From a virus, in the IMG/VR virus record IMGVR_UViG_3300036939_000084, positions 33,261 to 97,260 of that record: DNA of 64,000 bases. One strand, given 5' to 3'. The position numbers and the translations under genes were made by a program. Below the pieces are notes generated by a model. The model did no database searches. It saw only the letters and a list, made by a program, of their open reading frames with translations, and had not been told where the DNA came from. Shown in pieces: positions 1-8,307 of the stretch (its first letter is position 1; the number at the start of each line of letters is the position of its first letter).

Positions 1-452
1 ACATAGATGGATCTCCTGCAACTAACCTAAATCCGGTTGTTGTCGCTCTCAAAAGGGACAGCGACAATACAGACATAAGTGGGGTGGTAATTACCTTCAC
101 AGAAATAACTCGGTTAGATGGCAGCAAATCGGGCTTCTACAAGTTTTATTACGATCCAATTCAGAACGGAGAAGCGTTCATTCAAATCGATTTAGGTTCT
201 TCTCTACCCGCTGCTGTCCGATATGTAAGTGCTCAGCTTACGGCAGACAGTACATCTAACCTATTAGCTTCCCTAATAGATTCTGGGTTGTCATTAGGCA
301 AAGCGGTGAAAGCGATGGCGGCTGTACTTTTTGGCAATGCAGTCGCAAGCAACGGAAGTATTGCCTATAAAGATCAAGCTGGTACTACGATAATCACTGG
401 CAACGGCTTCGACGGAGCTGGAAGCCGGATAATCACTAAAGAGAATCTGTAG
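1..452 (+). CDS. Hypothetical phage protein, 5'-partial (frame open to the left edge)
   Basis: The frame of ORF 84..452 has no stop back to position 3; Ser/Gly/Ala/Thr-rich, next to tail genes. Confidence 0.6.
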   Translation, partial: IDGSPATNLNPVVVALKRDSDNTDISGVVITFTEITRLDGSKSGFYKFYYDPIQNGEAFIQIDLGSSLPAAVRYVSAQLTADSTSNLLASLIDSGLSLGKAVKAMAAVLFGNAVASNGSIAYKDQAGTTIITGNGFDGAGSRIITKENL

Positions 453-486
453 AAATTTATTAACATTTCCCTTTATTATATTTTAT

Positions 487-1945
487 CAAAATCGCCGTAA
501 TACCCCATCCTCAATCGGAGCGAAGCGGAGATAGGTTGGGGATGTAAGGCAGGGCAGCGGAGGAACGGAGCTGCCCAAACACCAAGTTGTTACTTGTAGT
601 AAAATATAGCTATAATCAAGATACATAATTAGTACCCTTCTGCTTAATGCTAGTTCTAGAAGCCAAGCTAAAAGGAAAAACTGCCCAGTACGAAGCCATT
701 GATCAGGCTATCCGTACTGGGCAGTTTATTCGTAATAAAGCTCTTCGTTTCTGGATGGACAGCAAGCCAGAAGATAAGATTAATCGCTTCTCCCTCAACA
801 ACTACTGCAAGGTATTAGCAGACAATCCTGAATTTCCCTGGGTTTCCCGGCTCAACTCAATGGCTCGTCAAGCATCGGCGGAACGAGCATGGGCTAGCAT
901 CTCTCGTTTCTTTGAGAATTGCAAGAAGAAAATTCCGGGGAAGAAAGGGTTTCCCAAGTTCAAGAAACACAGTCGCTCAGTTGAGTACAAGACCAGTGGC
1001 TGGAAACTGTCTGAAGACCGGAAGTTCTTAACTCTCAAAGACGGGTTTAACGCCGGGAGATTCAAACTCCTAGGGACTCGTGATCTTAATTTCTACGACA
1101 TCAAAGCTATTAAGCGAGTCAGAATCGTAAAAAGAGCTGATGGGTATTATGCTCAGTTCTGTATTGATGTTGAGAGAAAAGAGAAGATTCAGTATACCGG
1201 AAGTGAAATAGGGATAGACATCGGTTTAGCCCATTTCCTCACCGATTCCAGCGGGAATAAGATAGACAATCCTCGCCATCTCAGGAAAGCTCACAAAAGA
1301 TTAAAGAAGTCTCAACGTAAGCTTTCTCGCAGATATTCTAATCCCAACAAAGGGAAGAAGGGTGAGAGGATGGTCAAATCTAAATTCCCTCAATCCAAGC
1401 GCTATCACAAAGCAAGAATTCAAGTTGCTCGCAAACATTTAGAAGTAAGTAGGCGGCGGAAAGATTTTGTGGTAAAGACCGCAAGAACGCTCATCCAATC
1501 TAACGATTTGGTAGCCTACGAAGATTTGAAGGTGCGGAACATGGTAAAGAACCACAAGCTCGCACTCTCAATTAGCGATGCTGGTTGGTCGTTGTTCCGG
1601 GAGTGGCTTGAATATTTTGCTAAGGTTTTTGATAAAGTTGTCGTTGCCGTTCCTCCCCATCACACTTCTCAAAAGTGTTCCTGTTGTGGGATGGTTGTGA
1701 AAAAATCCCTATCCGTTAGGACTCACATCTGTAGATGTGGAACTGTTCTAGATAGGGATAAAAATGCAGCAATCAACATCTTGATGAAAGCGCTTGAGAT
1801 ATTAGAAAAAAATACGGCGGGGAGCGCCGAAATTCACGTTCGGGGAGATTTGCCCTCTTGGGTGGTTGGAGAAGTCCTGCTATCTAACGGCGAGTCGATG
1901 AACCGAGAATCCCCACCCTCAACGAAGTAGGGTGGGGAGCTTCAA
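487..1945 (+). mobile_element. IS200/IS605-family (IS1341-like, tnpB-only) element
   Basis: Left-end hairpin gccgtaataccccatcc...ggggatgtaaggc (~494-549); right-end hairpin ccccaccctc/agggtgggga followed by gcttcaa ending at 1945; omegaRNA expected to overlap the tnpB 3' end. Left boundary approximate. Confidence 0.8.
647..1930 (+). CDS. tnpB: TnpB RNA-guided endonuclease
   Basis: RuvC motifs IGIDIGL, AYEDL, DRDKNAAINI; Zn finger CSCCG...CRCG. Confidence 0.95.
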   Translation: MLVLEAKLKGKTAQYEAIDQAIRTGQFIRNKALRFWMDSKPEDKINRFSLNNYCKVLADNPEFPWVSRLNSMARQASAERAWASISRFFENCKKKIPGKKGFPKFKKHSRSVEYKTSGWKLSEDRKFLTLKDGFNAGRFKLLGTRDLNFYDIKAIKRVRIVKRADGYYAQFCIDVERKEKIQYTGSEIGIDIGLAHFLTDSSGNKIDNPRHLRKAHKRLKKSQRKLSRRYSNPNKGKKGERMVKSKFPQSKRYHKARIQVARKHLEVSRRRKDFVVKTARTLIQSNDLVAYEDLKVRNMVKNHKLALSISDAGWSLFREWLEYFAKVFDKVVVAVPPHHTSQKCSCCGMVVKKSLSVRTHICRCGTVLDRDKNAAINILMKALEILEKNTAGSAEIHVRGDLPSWVVGEVLLSNGESMNRESPPSTK

Positions 1946-2005
1946 TTGGGTAACGCAAAATAAAGTTACCCAACCTTGTTTTGTTTTTGTAAGGATTACC
2001 ATCAA

Positions 2006-3457
2006 ATGGCTTTAATTTCCTTAACCTCATCAGTAGCTTCTGCTAGTTCTGTTTATCAAAACAATGCGACTTACTCTCCTAACAAAGCAATAGATGGCAA
2101 TTCTTCAACTTATTACAATTCAAATGCTGCGACCACGTCAGAGCATTGGACTCTAGACTTAAACGGAATTGCGACAATTAATTTTATTAGTATTATCGGA
2201 CTCGCTAATTTTGGGAATCGCCTCAACAATATTCAAGTCATTGCTAGTGCTAATGCAGATTTCTCTTCGTCGGTAGTGGTTGGAACAACTCCATCAACTG
2301 TTTCTACTCAATCTGTTGTTATAACTCCGCCTAATCCTATTTCTAATATTCGATATATTAGGCTTCAAAAAACAGTAATTCAGAATGCAATAAATGATCT
2401 TTTAACTATTGCGGAAGTGCGAATCGATGGTGTTTTTTCTGACGCCACAACTTATACACTGACTGCTCCCGCAATATCTGTGGGATCGGTTGGTGTGGTA
2501 TCAGGTAATTTTACTGTAGCATTGCCAACTAATACAACTCTTCCTACTCCTGTAACAATTACGCCGAGTGATAATGGCGCTGGAGGAACTTTCAGTCCTA
2601 CGACAGTTCAATTATCTAAAAGTATCCTCTCTGCTACTTTTACTTATACTCCTACCACGCCAGGAGCAAAATTAATCTCAACCGTTAATAACGGAAACTT
2701 AATTAATCCATCTACTGTTCGCTATACAGCGATGGTTTTAATTCCTTTGGTTTCAGCAATAGCTTCTGCTAGCTCTGTTTATCAAAACAATGCGACTTAC
2801 TCTCCTAACAAAGCAATAGACGGCAATTCTTCAACTTATTACAATTCAAATGCTGCGACCACGTCAGAGCATTGGACTCTAGACTTAGATAGAATTGCGA
2901 CAATTAATTGTATTGGTATTATCGGACTCGCTAATTTTGGGAATCGCCTCAACAATATTCAAGTCATTGCTAGTGCTAATGCAGATTTCTCTTCGTCGGT
3001 AGTGGTTGGAACAACTCCATCAACTGTTTCTACTCAATCTGTTGTTATAACTCCGCCTAATCCTATTTCTAATATTCGATATATTAGGCTTCAAAAAACA
3101 GTAATTCAGAATGCAATAAATGATCTTTTAACTATTGCGGAAGTGCGAATCGATGGTGTTTTTTCTGACGCCACAACTTATACACTGACTGCTCCCGCAA
3201 TATCTGTGGGATCGGTTGGTGTGGTATCAGGTAATTTTACTGTAGCATTGCCAACTAATACAACTCTTCCTACTCCTGTAACAATTACGCCGAGTGATAA
3301 TGGCGCTGGAGGAACTTTCAGTCCTACGACAGTTCAATTATCTAAAAGTATCCTCTCTGCTACTTTTACTTATACTCCTACCACGTCAGGAGCAAAATTA
3401 ATCTCAACCGTTAATAACGGAAACTTGATTAATCCATCTACTGTTAATTACATAGCA
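2006..3457 (+). repeat. 726-bp near-identical tandem direct repeat (units ~2006-2731 and ~2732-3457)
   Basis: Matching landmarks offset by 726 nt (tgctag 2041/2767; aaactt 2695/3421). Confidence 0.95.
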
Positions 3458-3553
3458 ATTGCTCAAAAATATGGATTTATTGATAACAACAGAAAACAGC
3501 TAAACCGCCAGAGACTCACTTCTAATCGATTAACTGGTATAACAAGGGCTTAG
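2006..3553 (+). CDS. Virion/tail protein with two tandem discoidin (F5/8C-like) plus Ig-like modules
   Basis: ASASSVY...KAIDGNSSTYY..WTLDL motif present twice; probable start ATG 2006. Confidence 0.65.
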   Translation: MALISLTSSVASASSVYQNNATYSPNKAIDGNSSTYYNSNAATTSEHWTLDLNGIATINFISIIGLANFGNRLNNIQVIASANADFSSSVVVGTTPSTVSTQSVVITPPNPISNIRYIRLQKTVIQNAINDLLTIAEVRIDGVFSDATTYTLTAPAISVGSVGVVSGNFTVALPTNTTLPTPVTITPSDNGAGGTFSPTTVQLSKSILSATFTYTPTTPGAKLISTVNNGNLINPSTVRYTAMVLIPLVSAIASASSVYQNNATYSPNKAIDGNSSTYYNSNAATTSEHWTLDLDRIATINCIGIIGLANFGNRLNNIQVIASANADFSSSVVVGTTPSTVSTQSVVITPPNPISNIRYIRLQKTVIQNAINDLLTIAEVRIDGVFSDATTYTLTAPAISVGSVGVVSGNFTVALPTNTTLPTPVTITPSDNGAGGTFSPTTVQLSKSILSATFTYTPTTSGAKLISTVNNGNLINPSTVNYIAIAQKYGFIDNNRKQLNRQRLTSNRLTGITRA

Positions 3554-3598
3554 CTTTCTTGCGACAGTCTAAAAACAGCCGCAACCATCCCCGAAGAT

Positions 3599-4621
3599 AT
3601 GCGATCACACCTTACCACTCTCTCTGCCTTCCTCAACACACTTCCCATCGGCGTCAGCCTAGCCGGAGAGCGGCTTACTGAGTTTGCCCTCCACCCCTAC
3701 ACGACCGAGTATGAATTTTCCCTATGTAGGCTATTCCTCCAGGAGACGGATAGCATACCCCAGTTAGGCAAAGTCGCAAATCGGCTTTTGCCATCTATTG
3801 TTGAGCACATCGGCGGATACTCCCCAAGAGAATTGGCAACGGTACTGGGTTTGCCTCCTTTACGGTTATTCGACAGCATGTTTGCCGCAGACGTGCTGTC
3901 TATTGTGTTGAATGTCCGATTGGAATCCTCTGGGGTAGATGTGGGGTTCGTAAATACCTGCCCTAGTTGTGGCACAGAAAATGATGATGACCCGCGCAAA
4001 GGGAGACCGTATCATGACTTGTCGGCTTTGGATATTTGGTATACGGAGGGGGAGGAGGGGGAGGTGGGGGTTGATGTGGAATTGCGATCGCCTATTATCC
4101 TTAACAACCAATCTGTTTCATCTCTTCATCTCTCGCCCCTCACTTTTGCCCAGTTTCAGCAGCTAGAGAATTGTCCGGACAGTTTGCTGGATATAGAACT
4201 ATTGAGGCGAATGGTGGTGGAGTCGGGATTTGATTATCGGTTGATTAAGGATTTGCGTGATCGCCAACGATTGCTCAAAGCGGCACGCGAACTTTTCAGC
4301 GTGGGACCGGATATGGAAATGACTGTTGCCATGCTTTGCTACAAATGCAGGTTTGAGTGGGAGAGTCGAATGGCACCATCTCAAGCCTACTCCTTCTACT
4401 ACAACCTTTTGCGTCCAGCGCAAGAGGAATACTTGCAGAATATTCTTTTCTTCCTAACCTTTGGCGAACAGGCACCCTGCAAGTCGATTCAAGAGGCAAA
4501 GCAGTTGCCAGTGAGGGAAAGGAATTTTTATGTGGATAAGCTCAACGAGTCTTATCAGAAACAGAAGGAGGAGATGGACAAAGCTAGCCGAAAGGGAAAA
4601 AGTACCAAGAAGTCGTTTTAG
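3599..4621 (+). CDS. Baseplate hub / tail assembly protein (T4 gp26-like, with a gp51-like C-terminus)
   Basis: CPSCG and CYKC motifs; C-terminal 'AKQLPVRERNFYVDKL'; tail context. Confidence 0.45.
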   Translation: MRSHLTTLSAFLNTLPIGVSLAGERLTEFALHPYTTEYEFSLCRLFLQETDSIPQLGKVANRLLPSIVEHIGGYSPRELATVLGLPPLRLFDSMFAADVLSIVLNVRLESSGVDVGFVNTCPSCGTENDDDPRKGRPYHDLSALDIWYTEGEEGEVGVDVELRSPIILNNQSVSSLHLSPLTFAQFQQLENCPDSLLDIELLRRMVVESGFDYRLIKDLRDRQRLLKAARELFSVGPDMEMTVAMLCYKCRFEWESRMAPSQAYSFYYNLLRPAQEEYLQNILFFLTFGEQAPCKSIQEAKQLPVRERNFYVDKLNESYQKQKEEMDKASRKGKSTKKSF

Positions 4622-4670
4622 CTTGTGATATAATAACTGTGTAAACAAAAATAGGTTTATCTTTGTGGCA

Positions 4671-4961
4671 ATGATTAAAATCGGTGATCGCATCATCAAT
4701 ACAGAGGCGATCGCGTCTGTCAACCTTCAGAGTTTTATAAACAAGGGGTTTTCTAATCCCGTAGAACATGAAGGAGTTGAAATTACAATGCTCTCAATTC
4801 AGCGAGAGGATGTTACTGAGAACATAAGTGTTTCAGTCTCCGATACTCTTTTCTTTGAAGGAGAGGAAGCAGAGGCTCTACGCTGGTGGTTTAGCCAAGA
4901 GACACAAAATAGCGATATATCGGTACTTTATCGTGCCGCTAAGGGACGAAGCAAAAAATAG
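4671..4961 (+). CDS. Hypothetical early-cassette protein
   Basis: ORF behind promoter 4624 and ending in terminator 4970-4994. Confidence 0.7.
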   Translation: MIKIGDRIINTEAIASVNLQSFINKGFSNPVEHEGVEITMLSIQREDVTENISVSVSDTLFFEGEEAEALRWWFSQETQNSDISVLYRAAKGRSKK

Positions 4962-4969
4962 CAGAACAC

Positions 4970-4994
4970 GGCGGGCAAACCCGCCTTTTTTTTT
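4970..4994 (+). terminator. Intrinsic terminator
   Basis: ggcggg-caaa-cccgcc followed by a T run. Confidence 0.8.
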
Positions 4995-5055
4995 GCATTA
5001 AAATAAATTATTTTGTGATAAAATATATATGTAAACAAAAAAACAGATTGTTACT

Positions 5056-5379
5056 ATGACTACTCAAACAGTAGACTTCCAAACCGTAATCCAGAAGGCA
5101 ATGAAAAACTCGCTTATAAGTCTGTTTGATTGCTACTGGTATGGTGAAGGTGAAGGATATGATGAAGAGTTTTTGAGCGAAATCGAAAAATATCGCAAGA
5201 AAAACTCCGAATGGGCAAAGTTGCTCTATACTGCTCATCTAAAAGAAGAGGGCGGAATAAATATGGAGTGTGGCTCAGTGTTTGAGTTCGTTGAGGATGT
5301 AGCCAAGGCGGCTCTCCGGTTGGTTGATTGGAAAGACATCACACAACACACTGAAAAGCTGTTGAAACGTCAGAAGTAA
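5056..5379 (+). CDS. Hypothetical acidic early-cassette protein
   Basis: ORF behind promoter 5014 and ending in terminator 5384-5407. Confidence 0.75.
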   Translation: MTTQTVDFQTVIQKAMKNSLISLFDCYWYGEGEGYDEEFLSEIEKYRKKNSEWAKLLYTAHLKEEGGINMECGSVFEFVEDVAKAALRLVDWKDITQHTEKLLKRQK

Positions 5380-5471
5380 AAGGAAGCGGGGATAATCCCC
5401 GCTTTTTATTTGTTTTGTTATTTTATAACTTATTGTGCTAACCTAGATATAGAAACTCAGTTCGTCGTAAA

Positions 5472-6092
5472 ATGGCAGACCTCAAAGCGCACGACTATCG
5501 GCAAATGTTCCTAAAAGAGATAGGATTTCCGTTAATTCGGGCAAATGCCGAGCGTTTTGTACCTAGAGTCGGCGATCTTCGCAAAACTGAGAATGTTAAA
5601 GCTGTTTTCGAGGCAGCTATGCAAAAAAAAATGGAGGAACACCAAAGAGTAGAAGAAAAACAAAAACAACACGAGGCAGAGATAGAAGCTTTGCGGCAAG
5701 AACTAGAACTGGTGCGAACCAGGTTAGAGCAAGTTGAAGAACCGGAACCTAATCACACGGAAGAGGAGCCGGAGCGTCAGCTTGCTCATTATGTTGGTTC
5801 TGTATCTATGGATGCTGCCGAAAAAATCATCTGTGCTGTTCTCTGTTCAGAACAGACTGACTGCAAACATACATACAGGAGATTATCCAAGGTTTTTCAC
5901 CCAGACACAACCAGTCTTCCGAAAGACAAGGCGGCTGAATTGTTTGCACTACTCCGCCGCCTTTACGAACAAGTTGCCGAATCGAACAACTCATTCAACT
6001 CAATTCTAGGCTATGACAAATCAAGATCCCACGAACCCGATGAAAGAAAAAGCTGGATCTCCAAAGAAGATCCAGACGACATCGATTTTTAG
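5472..6092 (+). CDS. J-domain (DnaJ-like HPD) protein, copy 1
   Basis: KHTYRRLSKVFHPDTT...AAELFALLRRLYE; N-terminal helical domain, coiled coil, acidic tail EDPDDIDF. Confidence 0.8.
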   Translation: MADLKAHDYRQMFLKEIGFPLIRANAERFVPRVGDLRKTENVKAVFEAAMQKKMEEHQRVEEKQKQHEAEIEALRQELELVRTRLEQVEEPEPNHTEEEPERQLAHYVGSVSMDAAEKIICAVLCSEQTDCKHTYRRLSKVFHPDTTSLPKDKAAELFALLRRLYEQVAESNNSFNSILGYDKSRSHEPDERKSWISKEDPDDIDF

Positions 6093-6669
6093 AAGCGAAG
6101 CGGAAATTGTTGCTGCAATGGCAAGAGTTGCCGCAACACTACCAAAAGAAATCAGAGATGTCCTAAGTTTTGGAAATGGAGAAACCCAGGTCTTACAGGT
6201 AATAGGTGCTGATACTCGAAGAAACGATGCTATCTTTCATTCTTGCAAGTTGTTTTATGGTGCTGAATTTAAGAAAGGGATGCTCCTAGAAAGCCATATA
6301 TATGAATCAATAATTCGCCGTCAATACCCCCAAACACTCAAAGCGAAATTTGGGAACGAACTTGGCGGATTTATTTTTGTAGCAGAGCAGATACAGAAAG
6401 AGTTTTCCAGTTTCCCGATAATGAAGGAATGGGAAAAACTAGTTGGTGTCAAAATGGCTGTTGCTGATACAAAAGAATTCGCAAGAATTCTGATTTCTAA
6501 AGCAATGAAGGACGTGCAAAGTGACACCACTCGTTTTACTCCTTACGCCCTCTGTCAAATACCTCTACAGCTACATGCTTTGACAACAAAGAGTGATGGC
6601 TACCCACAGTGGTTTGATGAGGAGTGGCTACAAAGGATGATGAGTAAGTTTTTCCCAATCTGCCAGTAA
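6013..6669 (+). CDS. PD-(D/E)xK nuclease-fold protein, partner of J-domain copy 1
   Basis: RRNDAIF...YGAEFKKG...RRQY...GFIFVA pattern; overlaps the J gene 3' end (alternative start 6040). Confidence 0.6.
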   Translation: MTNQDPTNPMKEKAGSPKKIQTTSIFRSEAEIVAAMARVAATLPKEIRDVLSFGNGETQVLQVIGADTRRNDAIFHSCKLFYGAEFKKGMLLESHIYESIIRRQYPQTLKAKFGNELGGFIFVAEQIQKEFSSFPIMKEWEKLVGVKMAVADTKEFARILISKAMKDVQSDTTRFTPYALCQIPLQLHALTTKSDGYPQWFDEEWLQRMMSKFFPICQ

Positions 6670-6700
6670 AATCAAGCGATCGCACTCAAAATCAAATCTC

Positions 6701-6729
6701 AAAGCCGATGTTAATCCATCGGTTTTTTT
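6701..6729 (+). terminator. Intrinsic terminator after J/nuclease pair 1
   Basis: ccgatg-ttaatc-catcgg followed by T7. Confidence 0.75.
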
Positions 6730-6780
6730 GTGCCCTCTAGAATAGATTATGCCTAAAAAACATATTAAACCTTTAATAAA

Positions 6781-8028
6781 GTGGACTACGACAAACATTA
6801 CCAGTTAAAAGCGCTTCAAGAAAATAACCCCCGTCTCATTTCTTCCCCAGATATCTGGAGAATTAAGGCGAGTGAATTGTTGGCAGCCTATCTTGACCGC
6901 TTAGCCCAGCCACTGCCCAATGGGATGGAGTCTCCCTTCAGCTCCAAGGCACCAGGAACAGCACAAGAAACACTGGGCAGTGGATTAATCCACCTCCTAG
7001 ACACGTTTGGGTATGAGGCGAATAAACTATCAGACCAAGAAATTCTTCAGTTTTTTAGGTTTATTGGCGCGGAAATTTTGCCTGCCGAGTATGCGGTGGT
7101 GATGATGAGGTTTGGGCGATCGCAAGAAGCGGTGGTCAACCGCATCCCTGTCGATATTGAAATCGGCACCGAAGTTCGCAGCCAGTACAACCCAAATCTC
7201 GCCGTGTACACGATGTACACCGTCACGATTGGCGACCCATCAATTGATATCGATGCTGAGTATGTGGAGGTGCCTGCTCGACTAAACTACCTAGGTCCAC
7301 TCCCCGCTATTCGAGAAAATGAGTTTACTGAAACACAGGTTGCCCTATCGTTCTTGGCACGAGCAACGAATATTAGCGTTGTCTCCACGGGTCGCAATAC
7401 CGAAACGCTGGAAGAAGCTGTCCTCAGAACTAGGGATGGCATCCGCACGGGTAATCTGGGGCGCTTCTATCAAGATGGGGTTATTGACTTCGAGCGTGAG
7501 GATTTCCTCGGTAGAGCAGTAAGTCGAAGCGATTATGACTTTTACGCTAAGCAATTGGGCGCACAAAAAGTTAACGTGCTTCCGGGAGTTGCATATGGCT
7601 CGGATGGCTACTGGGCAGATTTAGTTACCATTGCCATTTACCCAGGAGAGTTACGACCCTTGGTTGAACTACCCTACTCCTCAATCACCCCTGTAGATTT
7701 GAGATTTAGCGTTGTAGCGGCAGAGGTTGTTCCGGTGACGGGAACGGTATGGGTTAAAATTACGCCTGAACTGACTGATAGTCAGGCGCGAAATTTGGCA
7801 GCAAGCGCGATCGCATCCAATATCAATCCTCCTTACGGTATCTGGGGCGATCGCGATTTCGTCAGCCATCTCGCCGATGCCTTAGAGCGGGAAGTGGGGA
7901 TTTATGCCGTTCCCCAGATGGATTTGAGACTGGAATCGACAAATGAATCTATTTCAACACTGAATGTGAAAGGTTGGCATCTGTGGGAGATACAGGACAG
8001 TATCCAGTTTGTGTTTCTGCGCAATTGA
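6781..8028 (+). CDS. Baseplate J-like protein
   Basis: Typical BPJ layout (IEIGTEV, 'ATNISVVSTGRNTETLEEAVLR', 'RAVSRSDYDFYA', VTIAIYP). Confidence 0.85.
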   Translation: MDYDKHYQLKALQENNPRLISSPDIWRIKASELLAAYLDRLAQPLPNGMESPFSSKAPGTAQETLGSGLIHLLDTFGYEANKLSDQEILQFFRFIGAEILPAEYAVVMMRFGRSQEAVVNRIPVDIEIGTEVRSQYNPNLAVYTMYTVTIGDPSIDIDAEYVEVPARLNYLGPLPAIRENEFTETQVALSFLARATNISVVSTGRNTETLEEAVLRTRDGIRTGNLGRFYQDGVIDFEREDFLGRAVSRSDYDFYAKQLGAQKVNVLPGVAYGSDGYWADLVTIAIYPGELRPLVELPYSSITPVDLRFSVVAAEVVPVTGTVWVKITPELTDSQARNLAASAIASNINPPYGIWGDRDFVSHLADALEREVGIYAVPQMDLRLESTNESISTLNVKGWHLWEIQDSIQFVFLRN

Positions 8029-8043
8029 TAATAAAGGTTTAAT

Positions 8044-8307
8044 ATGGTTCTGCGGTTTGAGTACTCCGATATTCCATCCCCCGTTTCAACCTATGGTTAT
8101 TACAATTCACCTACCGCACCTATCAAGAAGGTGCGGTACGACGGCACATTGATGCCTTATTTTGTGATGAAGAACGGTGGCAATCCCAGCTTGTGGCAAG
8201 ACATCTTAGAATACAACCAGATCGGGTCAGTATTAGACCTGGAGGAGGGGATAATGCTTGCAGTCCCTCAAAATACAGAAGCGTTTAGGAAGCATCCAGA
8301 AGCTTAA
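8044..8307 (+). CDS. Baseplate LysM/tail-X-like protein
   Basis: LWQDILEYNQI..VLDLEEGIMLAVP; follows baseplate J. Confidence 0.65.
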   Translation: MVLRFEYSDIPSPVSTYGYYNSPTAPIKKVRYDGTLMPYFVMKNGGNPSLWQDILEYNQIGSVLDLEEGIMLAVPQNTEAFRKHPEA

